Assembly (NCBI GenBank): GCA_937901745.1
Contig: CALGSZ010000096.1
Location: 69,750-133,749, forward strand
DNA: 64,000 nt
Direction of reading: 5' to 3'
From: an uncultured Chloroflexota bacterium
GTDB lineage: Bacteria; Chloroflexota; Chloroflexia; Thermomicrobiales; UBA6265
Shown: in pieces, positions 12,971-21,950 of the stretch
Layout: each line of letters opens with the position of its first letter
How positions within the stretch are numbered: position 1 is the stretch's first letter
The notes under the pieces: generated by a model
What the model was told of the DNA's origin: nothing
The model's database searches: none
What the model saw: the letters and a program-made list of their open reading frames with translations, nothing else
Program-made: the position numbers and the translations under genes

Positions 12971-13555
12971 ATGCGGTTGTTCACCGGCAAGGGCGACACG
13001 GGGACGACGGATCTCCTCGGAGCGCGAGTACCCAAGGATGATCCGCGCATCGAGCTGATTGGCGCGCTGGACGAGACGACGGCGCATCTCGGCCTGGCTC
13101 GGGCGCTCGCCCAGACGCAACAGGCGAAGGAATGGCTCATCGAGGTTCAGCGAGACCTTTACCGCCTGATGGCGGAGCTCGCGTTCACTGACGAACTGCG
13201 CCCGGCCGACTTCGTGCTCTCAGAGCAGCGAGTGTCGCGGCTGGAAGAGCTGACCGACCGGCTCACCGGGGAAGTGGAGCTTCCACCGCAGTTCATCCTC
13301 CCCGGCGACACCGTCGCCGGAGCGACGCTCGATGTCGCCCGCACGGTTGCCCGCCGCGCCGAGCGGCATGCCGTCGCGCTGGCCCGCGAGGGTCAGATCT
13401 CGAATCCGCAGATCGTGCGGTACCTGAACCGGCTGTCGTCGTTCCTCTTCATCCTCGCTCGGTACGAGGACCGCGCCGCCGGCGTGACCCCGCTCCTCGC
13501 CAAGTCGGAGGATCGCCCAGCACGCCGGGAAGCTCGGCAGGCGAGCAAGGACTGA
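12971..13555 (+). CDS. PduO-type ATP:cob(I)alamin adenosyltransferase
   Basis: Track ORF 12908..13555. The ATG at 12971 is preceded by GGGAGGAG. The N-terminus MRLFTGKGDTGTTDLLG...PKDDPRIELIGALDE is typical of the family. Confidence 0.85.
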   Translation: MRLFTGKGDTGTTDLLGARVPKDDPRIELIGALDETTAHLGLARALAQTQQAKEWLIEVQRDLYRLMAELAFTDELRPADFVLSEQRVSRLEELTDRLTGEVELPPQFILPGDTVAGATLDVARTVARRAERHAVALAREGQISNPQIVRYLNRLSSFLFILARYEDRAAGVTPLLAKSEDRPARREARQASKD

Positions 13556-13557
13556 GC

Positions 13558-14220
13558 TCACAGCGAACGCAGCAAGTCCAGGTTGAACTCCGTCAGAGAC
13601 GTGAGCATCGCGTCGGCGATGCAGAACCGTCGATCGTCGCGCATCCCCGGCTCCGGCACGACGATGCACTTCATCCGCGCCGCCTTGGCCGCGAGCAACC
13701 CGTTCGGCGAGTCCTCGATCGCCAGGCAGCGCTCCGGCGCGATGCCGAGCGCGCGGGCCGCTTCGATGTAAACGGCTGGATGTGGCTTCCCGTACGGCTC
13801 GTGCTCGGCGGACTGCAGCACGCGGAAGCGATCGCGGACGCCGAGTTTGTCCACGACCGCGGAGATCAGTTGGCTCTGCGATGACGAAGCGATCGCGAGC
13901 GGGATGCCGGCGCTGGAGAGCATCTCGACGGCAGCGACGGCGCCTGGCATCGGCTCGGCCTGCTGGCGGATGAGCTCGATGACGCGCTCATCAATTTGCG
14001 CCTCGACCTGCTTCTTCGTCGGCTCGTCCCAGGGATAGCGCTCGTGCCAGTACTCGACGAGCTCGTCGGTCCGTAGCCCCATCGTCTCGAACGTCCGCTC
14101 GATGGTGATCGGGACGCCGACGCTGGAAAGGACTTCGACCTCTGCGATGCGCCAGAGCGGCTCGGAGTCGATCAGCACTCCATCCATGTCAAAGATCACG
14201 GCCTCGATCATGGTGGGCAT
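13558..14220 (-). CDS. HAD-IA family hydrolase (sugar-phosphatase/beta-phosphoglucomutase-like)
   Basis: Motif I VIFDMDGVLIDSE and later HAD motifs (SSS..., GKPHP, EDSPNG). Confidence 0.85.
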   Translation of the reverse strand: MPTMIEAVIFDMDGVLIDSEPLWRIAEVEVLSSVGVPITIERTFETMGLRTDELVEYWHERYPWDEPTKKQVEAQIDERVIELIRQQAEPMPGAVAAVEMLSSAGIPLAIASSSQSQLISAVVDKLGVRDRFRVLQSAEHEPYGKPHPAVYIEAARALGIAPERCLAIEDSPNGLLAAKAARMKCIVVPEPGMRDDRRFCIADAMLTSLTEFNLDLLRSL

Positions 14221-14255
14221 TGTACCTAGCCGCCGCGGGGTTGACCGTCAGGGTC

Positions 14256-14284
14256 TTGACACACTTTGCACAGATGCCTACTGT
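14256..14284 (+). promoter_or_regulatory. Candidate sigma-70-type promoter of the GntR gene (TTGACA, 17-nt spacer, TACTGT)
   Basis: TTGACA at 14256..14261, a 17-nt spacer, then TACTGT at 14279..14284, just upstream of the ATG at 14292. Confidence 0.35.
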
Positions 14285-14291
14285 ATGTTGC

Positions 14292-14996
14292 ATGCAATCG
14301 GCACAATCGGAGTCGTCACAATCCACACCTGCTCTGACTGTCGAGTTCAAGACACGGGAGCAAGCCACCTACGAGGCGCTGCGGCGAGCGATCATCCAGG
14401 GCCGCTGGGGTCAGGGTGAGGCGCTGGTCGTCAGCCACCTGGCGACCGAGCTTGGCGTCAGCCGCATAACTGTCACCAACGCGCTCAAGCGGCTCGCAGG
14501 CGAAGGGTTCGTGGTGCTGACTCCCCATAAGGAAGCCGCCGTCGCGCCACTCGAGCCGAAGGATATTCGCGAGATCTACCTCATGCGCGCCGAGCTCGAG
14601 GCCCTCTCGGCCAGGGAGGCCGCGCACCGCGTGACGAAGGGCGACCTTGACGATCTCCGCGCTCTTAACGACGAGATTGCCCGGCTCCGCGCTCAGCCCG
14701 AGCCAGACATCCGCGCCATCCGCGCGATCGACCTCGCTTTCCACCGCCGCCTGCGTCAGATCCCCGATATGCCGCGCCTGTCCCAAACGCTCCAAAACCT
14801 CGCGGACCAGTGTGAGGGCTATCGCGCTCGACTACTCGACTTACGTCTCCTCGCCATGCCAACAGCGGAGCGCCATCTCCCTATCATTGCCGCGCTCGAG
14901 GCACACGACAGCTCGTTGGCAGCGGAGCTCATGCGTGTTCACGTGCTCGAAGGGATGGAGGCAGTCCTCTCCACCCTTTCTACGGACGGAACGTAG
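14292..14996 (+). CDS. GntR family transcriptional regulator (FadR/FCD subfamily)
   Basis: Track ORF 14220..14996; the start is probably the ATG at 14292. wHTH ATELGVSRITVTNALKRLAGEGFV and an FCD-like helical C-terminal domain. Confidence 0.85.
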   Translation: MQSAQSESSQSTPALTVEFKTREQATYEALRRAIIQGRWGQGEALVVSHLATELGVSRITVTNALKRLAGEGFVVLTPHKEAAVAPLEPKDIREIYLMRAELEALSAREAAHRVTKGDLDDLRALNDEIARLRAQPEPDIRAIRAIDLAFHRRLRQIPDMPRLSQTLQNLADQCEGYRARLLDLRLLAMPTAERHLPIIAALEAHDSSLAAELMRVHVLEGMEAVLSTLSTDGT

Positions 14997-15072
14997 CGAC
15001 CATCCGATGTGGTGATCGGGGCCGGTGGAGGGACCATCGGTCGGCTGCGCTGAGGAAGGAGGCATTGGTTCA

Positions 15073-16668
15073 ATGGAGAGCCCGGCTCAGGAATCCGGAC
15101 GGCGGATTTACGAGCTCGTTCGGCGTCGGCGCGAAGGTACGATTTCGCGACGCGCCTTCGTGCAGGCGGTTACGGCGCTGGGCCTGAGCATGCCGCTCGC
15201 GGCCATGCTCGAGCGTCGAGGTCTGGCCGCGCTGCAGGAGTCCGCGCCGAGCGGTGAGATCACGATCGTCCTGCCGCGGAGCCTCGTCGCGCTCGATCCC
15301 CACGGGGCACAGAGCGTCGAAGAGGCCACAGCGGTGATCTCCTCGCATGTCTTCGACACGCTCGTGGTCCGCGATGCCGCGACCGGAGAGCTCCAGCCGC
15401 GACTCGCCACCTCGTGGCAAGCGATCGACGAGACGACTTGGGAGTTCAAGCTGCGGGAGGGCGTGACCTGGCACGACGGCACGCCGTTCACCTCGGCCGA
15501 CGTCAAGGCATCGCTCGAGCGCGTCCAGTCCCTGGAAGGCCCGCTGGCGCCGCTGTGGGCGCTCGTCACCGAGGTGCAGACGCCGGACGACTTGACGGTC
15601 ATCTTCAAGACCAGCGAGCCGCAGGGCACGATCCCTGTCAGCGCCGCGCTGTTCTTCGTCACACCGGCCGCGCACTCCAACGACGAGGGCTTCTTCGATA
15701 ACCCGATCGGCATTGGCCCGTACAAGTTCGTCTCCTGGGTGCGGGACAGCGAGCTTCGCCTCGAAGCCATCCCGGATCACTGGGCCGGCGCGCCGGGCGT
15801 GCAGACGCTCGTCTTCCGTGATATTCCGGAAGTGTCCGCGCGCGTGACCGCGCTCGAGACGGGCGAGATCGACTTCACCTTCGGTCTGCCGGCCGACCAG
15901 CTTCCGGCGCTCGCGGAGAACTCTGAGCTCAGGATCGATTCGACGCCGTCCTACGCCTATTACTTCAACTGGTTCAACTGCTCGCGCGAGCCATTCACCG
16001 ATGCGCGCGTTCGCCGCGCGATGGCGCATGCCCTCGACCTCGACACCATCGTCAACGACCTGCTGCAAGGCGTGGGTGTCCGCGCGCAGGCTCCCATCCC
16101 CTCGACCATCTTCGGCTTCGCTCCGCAGACGCCGTACGAGTATGATCCGGAGAAGGCCAAGGCGTTACTCGCCGAGGCCGGGTTGGAGAACGGGTTCGAG
16201 ACGCACGTTATCTGGAATCCGGGCTCCGGGCCGCAGGACCGCGAGCTTGTCCAAGCGATGATCTCGTACTGGGCGGAGATCGGGGTCACCGTCGAGAGCC
16301 GGGAGATGGAGCGCGCGGCCTGGCTCGATGCGCTCCTGGCGCTCGACTGGGACATGGACTTCCAGACCAACACGGTCCGCACGGGCGACGCCGACTTCAC
16401 CCTCCGGCGCCTGTACGTCTCGTCGGCAAACCGCACCGGCTACGCGAATCCCGAGCTCGACACGATCCTGGTCGAGGCCGCGGCCGCTGCCGATCCGGCC
16501 CGCCGGCAGGAGCTGTACGCGCAGGCCTGCAAAATCATCTGGGATGACGCGGTCGGAATCTTCCCGTTCGAGCTGCTGGAGAACTACGTCTATCGCACGC
16601 GCTTGACGGATTTCGTTCCGACGCCGAGCGCCGTGCCGGTCTTCACCTCTGTGAAGATCGCTGAGTAA
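15073..16668 (+). CDS. ABC transporter substrate-binding protein, family 5 (peptide/nickel/opine type), Tat signal
   Basis: The ATG at 15073 is preceded by GAGGAAGGAGG. Twin-arginine signal SRRAFVQAVTALGL and family-5 SBP architecture. Confidence 0.85.
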   Translation: MESPAQESGRRIYELVRRRREGTISRRAFVQAVTALGLSMPLAAMLERRGLAALQESAPSGEITIVLPRSLVALDPHGAQSVEEATAVISSHVFDTLVVRDAATGELQPRLATSWQAIDETTWEFKLREGVTWHDGTPFTSADVKASLERVQSLEGPLAPLWALVTEVQTPDDLTVIFKTSEPQGTIPVSAALFFVTPAAHSNDEGFFDNPIGIGPYKFVSWVRDSELRLEAIPDHWAGAPGVQTLVFRDIPEVSARVTALETGEIDFTFGLPADQLPALAENSELRIDSTPSYAYYFNWFNCSREPFTDARVRRAMAHALDLDTIVNDLLQGVGVRAQAPIPSTIFGFAPQTPYEYDPEKAKALLAEAGLENGFETHVIWNPGSGPQDRELVQAMISYWAEIGVTVESREMERAAWLDALLALDWDMDFQTNTVRTGDADFTLRRLYVSSANRTGYANPELDTILVEAAAAADPARRQELYAQACKIIWDDAVGIFPFELLENYVYRTRLTDFVPTPSAVPVFTSVKIAE

Positions 16669-16770
16669 GTTCGGGTCAGGAGTCTCGGGTCGGGCTGTCA
16701 TGGGCCACGCGACGTATGGGCTCAGGCAGTCTGATCCGAGACTCCTGTCCGCTGATTGCGGGACACGCGC

Positions 16771-17691
16771 ATGACGCCATATCTCCTGCGCCGCTTCGCC
16801 TACGCCATCTTCGTGCTCTGGGGCGCACTGACGATCATCTTTGTCACGATCCGGATCGTGCCTGGCGACCCGGCCTCGATGATGCTCGGCGCTGGGGCGA
16901 CGGAGGAGGATGTCGCCGCACTGCGACATCGGCTTGGCCTGGATGAGCCATTGCCGGTGCAATACGTGCAATTCCTTGGCGATGCCATCAGGCTCGATTT
17001 TGGCAACTCACTTTGGCTCAACCGCCCGGTCTTGAGCTCGATCGGCGAGCGAATCACGGCCACGGCTCGCTTGGCGGTCACGGCGATGGCGATCGCTCTC
17101 CTCGTCAGCTTTCCACTCGGCATCTTGGCCGCGCTCAAGAAGCGCACGTTCATTGACGGGCTCGTCTCGGTCGTCTCACTCCTCGGGCAATCGGTGCCGA
17201 GTTTCTGGCTCGGCATAATGTTGATCCTCGTCTTCGCGCGCCAATTGCGCCTGCTGCCGAGCGCCGGCTCGGACACATGGAAACACCTCGTCCTGCCGTC
17301 GGTGACGTTGGCGCTGCCATTGATCGGCGTGCTGACCCGGCTGGTGCGGAGCGGGCTACTCGAAGTGATGTACGAGGATTACATCCGCACGGCGCGCGCG
17401 AAAGGGTTGGATCCGCGCTCGGTTCTGGTTCGGCACGCGCTGCGGAACATGCTGATTCCGGTCGTGACCGTCGCGGGACTCCAGCTCGGCAACTTGCTGG
17501 GCGGCACCGTCATCGTGGAGACCGTCTTCGGCTGGCCCGGCATCGGCCGCCTCCTGGTGGACGCGATCTTCAATCGCGACTACCCGCTCGTACAAGCGGC
17601 GATCCTTTGCATCACCGCGACATTCATCACGATCAACCTGATCGTTGATATCAGCTACGTCTATCTGGATCCGCGGATTCGGCTCCAATGA
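16771..17691 (+). CDS. ABC transporter permease (DppB/OppB-like)
   Basis: N-terminus MTPYLLRRFAYAIFVLWG and the EAA-loop region (YIRTARAKGL). ATG at 16771; the track start at 16756 is a TTG. Confidence 0.9.
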   Translation: MTPYLLRRFAYAIFVLWGALTIIFVTIRIVPGDPASMMLGAGATEEDVAALRHRLGLDEPLPVQYVQFLGDAIRLDFGNSLWLNRPVLSSIGERITATARLAVTAMAIALLVSFPLGILAALKKRTFIDGLVSVVSLLGQSVPSFWLGIMLILVFARQLRLLPSAGSDTWKHLVLPSVTLALPLIGVLTRLVRSGLLEVMYEDYIRTARAKGLDPRSVLVRHALRNMLIPVVTVAGLQLGNLLGGTVIVETVFGWPGIGRLLVDAIFNRDYPLVQAAILCITATFITINLIVDISYVYLDPRIRLQ

Positions 17692-18620
17692 TGACTAGTA
17701 CGGCTTCCAACACGGCAGAAAGCGCCGGACTCGAGACCTCTCCTCCGACGCAGGGGGCACTCGCGACCGGCGCCCGTAAGCGGCGCGGCCACAACCGGGA
17801 GCTTCGGCTCTTTCTCTGGTCATTGCCAATCATCGTCTTCGTCCTCGCCGCGATCGTCGGACCGATGGTGGTCGAGTATGACCCGGTCAAGGTTCGCACC
17901 GGCGACCGGCTCAAGCCGCCCGGCGCGATCCTGCGCGACGGCTCTCGCGCCTGGCTTGGCACCGATCAGGTCGGCCGGGACATGCTCGCCCAAGTTCTGC
18001 AAGGCGCGCGCATCTCGCTGCTCGTTGGCGCGGCAACGGTACTCTTCGCCGGGCTGATCGGTCTGGTCATGGGCACGCTGGCCGGCTTCTACGGCGGGTT
18101 TCTGGACGCCTTGTTGATGCGCCTGGCCGACATCCAGCTCGCCTTCCCGTCGATCTTGCTGGCGATCATGATCGCGGCGGTGCTCGGCCCGAGCGTCGCC
18201 AATGTCATCATCACGCTGTCGCTGACGCGTTGGGTCACGTTTGGCCGCGTCGCGCGAGCCGCGACGCTCTCGGCCAAAGAGCGCGATTACGTCATCGCCG
18301 CCCGCTCGATGGGCGCGGGAACACCTCGCCTCCTTCGCTGGCACATCGTCCCCTCGACGATCGCTCCGCTCATCGTCATCGCGACCGTCGAAGTCGGGTT
18401 GGTCATCATCGCCGAGGCATCGCTGAGCTTCCTCGGTCTCGGTACGCCGCCGGACCAGCCGTCCTGGGGACAGACGGTGGCGCATGGCCGCGACTATCTC
18501 AACCGCGCTTGGTGGATCGCGACCATGCCAGGGCTTGCCCTCAGCATCGTCGTCTTGTCAGTCGGCGCGTTTGGCGATCGCCTGCGCGACTATCTCGATC
18601 CGCGCATGCGCGGAGCATGA
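17688..18620 (+). CDS. ABC transporter permease (DppC/OppC-like)
   Basis: Overlaps the upstream permease stop by 4 nt. Membrane profile and EAA region (YVIAARSMGAG). Confidence 0.9.
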   Translation: MMTSTASNTAESAGLETSPPTQGALATGARKRRGHNRELRLFLWSLPIIVFVLAAIVGPMVVEYDPVKVRTGDRLKPPGAILRDGSRAWLGTDQVGRDMLAQVLQGARISLLVGAATVLFAGLIGLVMGTLAGFYGGFLDALLMRLADIQLAFPSILLAIMIAAVLGPSVANVIITLSLTRWVTFGRVARAATLSAKERDYVIAARSMGAGTPRLLRWHIVPSTIAPLIVIATVEVGLVIIAEASLSFLGLGTPPDQPSWGQTVAHGRDYLNRAWWIATMPGLALSIVVLSVGAFGDRLRDYLDPRMRGA

Positions 18621-18653
18621 CCATCTAGCACAGGAGCGGCAAGGCAGGAGACG

Positions 18654-19652
18654 ATGAGTCAGATGGAGTATCGGTGCTTCGGCGCAACGGATATCAAGAC
18701 ATCAGCGATCGGCTTCGGCACCTGGCCGATCGGCGGCGCGCGCTACGGCCCGAGCGACGACGCGAGCGCCATCCGCGCGCTCCAGACCGCGCTCGACCTG
18801 GGTATCACGTGCTTTGACACCGCTCCGTCCTATGGGAACGGGCACGCCGAGGAGCTCCTGGCAACCGCGCTGGGATCGCGCCGGCACGAGGCGCTCATCG
18901 TCACCAAGGGCGGCTTGATCTGGGACGAGCATAGCCGCGTCCTCGGTCACGACAGCCGGCGGGAGCACCTCGAGAATGTGCTGGAAGGCAGCTTGCGCCG
19001 CCTTCGCACCGATTATGTCGATCTCTATCTCATCCACTGGCCGGACCCGGCCACGCCGCTCGAGGATGTCGCCAAGTCGCTCGAGTCGTTCGTCGCGAGC
19101 GGCAAAGCGCGGGCGATCGGTGTCTCGAACTTCACCGGCGCGCAGCTTCGCGAGCTTTCGGCAGCGCTCCGGACGACGCGGCTGGTCGTCAACCAGGTGA
19201 GCTTCAGCCTTTTCGATCGGCGTTGGGCGAACGACTCCTTCGGCGTCTGCCGGGAGCTGGGCATCGGTGCAATGGCCTACGGGCCGTTGGCTCACGGTCT
19301 GCTCGCCGGCGCGATCACCCGCGAAACGACCTTTGATCCCACGGACTGGCGCGCCGCCGGCGTCATCTTCGGGCAGCCGCTCTTGACACCCGAGAACCGC
19401 CCACACAACCACGATGTCGTTGACCGCTTGACCGAACTCGCGTCCAGCAAGGGAGCGACGCTCGCGCAGCTGGCGATTGCGTGGGTCCTGCGGCACTCGC
19501 CGGTGGCGGTCGCGCTCGTCGGCGCGCGCACGGAAGGCGAGATCGTGGAGGCCGCCGGCGCGGTCGACGTCAAGCTGAGCGATGAGGACATTGCCGCAAT
19601 CGAGGAGATCATGTCCCATGCCGCTGGCATGATGAGCAAGCTTTCGAGCTAG
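18654..19652 (+). CDS. Aldo/keto reductase
   Basis: AKR motifs: GFGTWPIGG, FDTAPSYGNGHAEELL, DLYLIHWPD, IGVSNF. Confidence 0.9.
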   Translation: MSQMEYRCFGATDIKTSAIGFGTWPIGGARYGPSDDASAIRALQTALDLGITCFDTAPSYGNGHAEELLATALGSRRHEALIVTKGGLIWDEHSRVLGHDSRREHLENVLEGSLRRLRTDYVDLYLIHWPDPATPLEDVAKSLESFVASGKARAIGVSNFTGAQLRELSAALRTTRLVVNQVSFSLFDRRWANDSFGVCRELGIGAMAYGPLAHGLLAGAITRETTFDPTDWRAAGVIFGQPLLTPENRPHNHDVVDRLTELASSKGATLAQLAIAWVLRHSPVAVALVGARTEGEIVEAAGAVDVKLSDEDIAAIEEIMSHAAGMMSKLSS

Positions 19653-19801
19653 CACGTGGAATCGGGGGGGGTGAGTCGAGAGCAAGGTACTTCACGCGAA
19701 GCCGACGGAGCGATCCGGCAGGCTTGATAGGTTTGTCATGGTAGGTCGTAGGTTTTCGGCAGTCGCATCCCGGACGGAGCCGGGGACAGGAGCACGAGAA
19801 C

Positions 19802-21202
19802 GTGACCACGTCGATTCGTTACGAGCGTGACCTCGAGGTCGTGGATGGCGGCGATGTCCTCGTCGTCGGTGGTGGACCAGCGGGTATCGCCGCGGCGATT
19901 GCCGCTGCCCGCAACGGCGCGCGAACGACGCTCATCGAGCGGTTCGGCTTTCTTGGCGGGAACTTGACGGCCGGGCTCGTCGGACCCTGCATGACCTCGT
20001 ACAGCTGCGACGGGCAGCAGCAGCTGATCAAGGGCATTTTCGAGGAGATGGTGATCCGGATGGAGCAGATGGGTGGCGCGCTCCATCCCTCGAAGGCGCC
20101 TGCCGGCAGCGCCTACAGCGGATTCATCGTCTTCGGCCATGACAAGGTCACGCCATTCGATCCCGAGGCGGCCAAGTTCGTGGCGCTCGACATGGTGCGC
20201 GAGGCCGGAGTCAACGTTCGTCTGCACACCTTCGTCGCCGACGTCCTCGTGGAGGGGAAGAAGGTCACCGGGGTCGTCGCGGCCAGCAAGTCGGGGCTGC
20301 AAGCCATCAAGGCGCAGGTCATCGTTGACTGCTCCGCCGATGGCGACATCGCGGCGTGGGCCGGCGCCGCGTATGAGAAGGGACGCGAGGGCGACGGGCT
20401 GATGCAGCCGATGACGCTCTTTTTCCGCGTCTGCAACGTTGACGATGAGAAGGTCGAGGAGTACATCCGCACCCATCCGGACGATTATCGGCCGTTCGCC
20501 GCACTCGTCGCCGAGGCGAAGGCGAAGGGTGAATTCCCGATCCCCCGCCGCGGTATCGGCATCTACAAGACGCTAGAGCCCGGCGTCTGGCGCGTCAATA
20601 CGACTCGCCTCCACTTCTTCGACGGCACCAATGTCGAAGATCTGACGAAGGCCGAGATCGAAGGGCGCGAGCAGATCAAGGCGCTGATGAAGTTCTTCCG
20701 CAAATGGCTTCCGGGCTTCGAGAACGCCGAGCTGCTCGACACGGCGGCGACGATGGGCGTTCGCGAGACGCGCCGGGTCGTCGGTGAGTACATGCTCACG
20801 CTGGACGATCTCGCGACGGGGCGGGAGTTCGAGGATGTGGTCGCGCTCTGCGGCTACCCGGTCGACATCCACAGCCCGACCGATGATGGCGGCGGCGCCG
20901 ACGGCGAGCTGCCCAGCGCGAATGTCTATCAGATTCCGTACCGCAGCCTCGTTGTGCGCGATCTCGACAACGTACTCGTCGCCGGACGGTGCGTTTCCGC
21001 CACCCACGAGGCGCTGGGCGCGATCCGCGTCATGCCGCCATCGTTCGCGATGGGGCAGGCGGCTGGCACCGCGGCCGCGCTCGCGATCGAGTGGGGCTGC
21101 ACGCCGCGTGACGTTCCAGTGCCGCAGCTGCAGGAGATCCTGGTCCGCCAGGGCCAGTACCTCGGCGAGCGGTTCGAGAACAAGGCAGCGACTCGCTCGT
21201 AA
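19802..21202 (+). CDS. FAD-dependent oxidoreductase (PF12831-like)
   Basis: GTG start after GGAGCA. Dinucleotide-binding motif DVLVVGGGPAGIAAAIAAARNG. Confidence 0.8.
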   Translation: MTTSIRYERDLEVVDGGDVLVVGGGPAGIAAAIAAARNGARTTLIERFGFLGGNLTAGLVGPCMTSYSCDGQQQLIKGIFEEMVIRMEQMGGALHPSKAPAGSAYSGFIVFGHDKVTPFDPEAAKFVALDMVREAGVNVRLHTFVADVLVEGKKVTGVVAASKSGLQAIKAQVIVDCSADGDIAAWAGAAYEKGREGDGLMQPMTLFFRVCNVDDEKVEEYIRTHPDDYRPFAALVAEAKAKGEFPIPRRGIGIYKTLEPGVWRVNTTRLHFFDGTNVEDLTKAEIEGREQIKALMKFFRKWLPGFENAELLDTAATMGVRETRRVVGEYMLTLDDLATGREFEDVVALCGYPVDIHSPTDDGGGADGELPSANVYQIPYRSLVVRDLDNVLVAGRCVSATHEALGAIRVMPPSFAMGQAAGTAAALAIEWGCTPRDVPVPQLQEILVRQGQYLGERFENKAATRS

Positions 21203-21252
21203 GTTTGCCGGGCGGTCTCGCGGCAGACATCGCTCGAACGAGGTGAACGCGA

Positions 21253-21288
21253 AACAGGCTCCGGGCGGCGCGCTGCCTGGAGCCTGTT
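21253..21288. terminator. Hairpin between convergent genes, probably a terminator
   Basis: AACAGGCTCC (21253..21262) pairs with GGAGCCTGTT (21279..21288), followed by CCTTTG. Confidence 0.5.
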
Positions 21289-21349
21289 CCTTTGCCTGAA
21301 TTTGCCTTGAATTAACAGGCTGGATCGCCTGCTGACCCGGACGCGCCCG

Positions 21350-21805
21350 CTACTGGCTCGGCGCGTCGAGCTGCCGGACATAGCGGTCCAGCCGTTCGAG
21401 CTCATCGAGGTACACCCCGCGCAGCATGCGGGGCGCGAAAAGCCGCTCGATCAAACCGCTGACGCCTGCGCTCTGCCAGGTCGTTTCGAATTGGACCCGG
21501 CTACCCGAGCCCTCCGGGACGACGATGAACGTGGTCACCAAGTCTGATTCCTGGTCGGATTCGCGCAATACGCGACCCGGCTCCGGCTCCTCGACAAGCA
21601 CGCGGAAATTCCGCGGCCGCCCACCGACGGTGACGGTGAACGCGGCGATCGTGCCGGCGCCGACGCCTCCTTCCTCGACGCGGTAGTTGGAGAAAGCCGG
21701 CGGCAGGATATTCGGATGGTGCTCGCGGTAGTCGCGCAGCACGGCGTAGATCCGCTCCGGCGGCGCTTCGATGCTCCGCTCGGCAACGACACGGATCAGT
21801 GCCAT
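21350..21805 (-). CDS. SRPBCC (polyketide cyclase/dehydrase-like) family protein
   Basis: The ATG at 21805 is preceded by GAGGGGGAGGG. The sequence MALIRVVAERSIEAPPERIYAVLRDY... is a typical SRPBCC N-terminus. Confidence 0.7.
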   Translation of the reverse strand: MALIRVVAERSIEAPPERIYAVLRDYREHHPNILPPAFSNYRVEEGGVGAGTIAAFTVTVGGRPRNFRVLVEEPEPGRVLRESDQESDLVTTFIVVPEGSGSRVQFETTWQSAGVSGLIERLFAPRMLRGVYLDELERLDRYVRQLDAPSQ

Positions 21806-21950
21806 CGCCCTCCCCCTCTTTTTCACGCTCCCGACGCGAAGCGCGGCGCCCCTCTCGCTCAGGGGCATCCCGGCCGAAGGACGCCGATAGCCGCGCTCAC
21901 GCTCGTCCGTTCCTGACGACCGTTCTCACCACGCGCTTCGGCTCAGGTGG

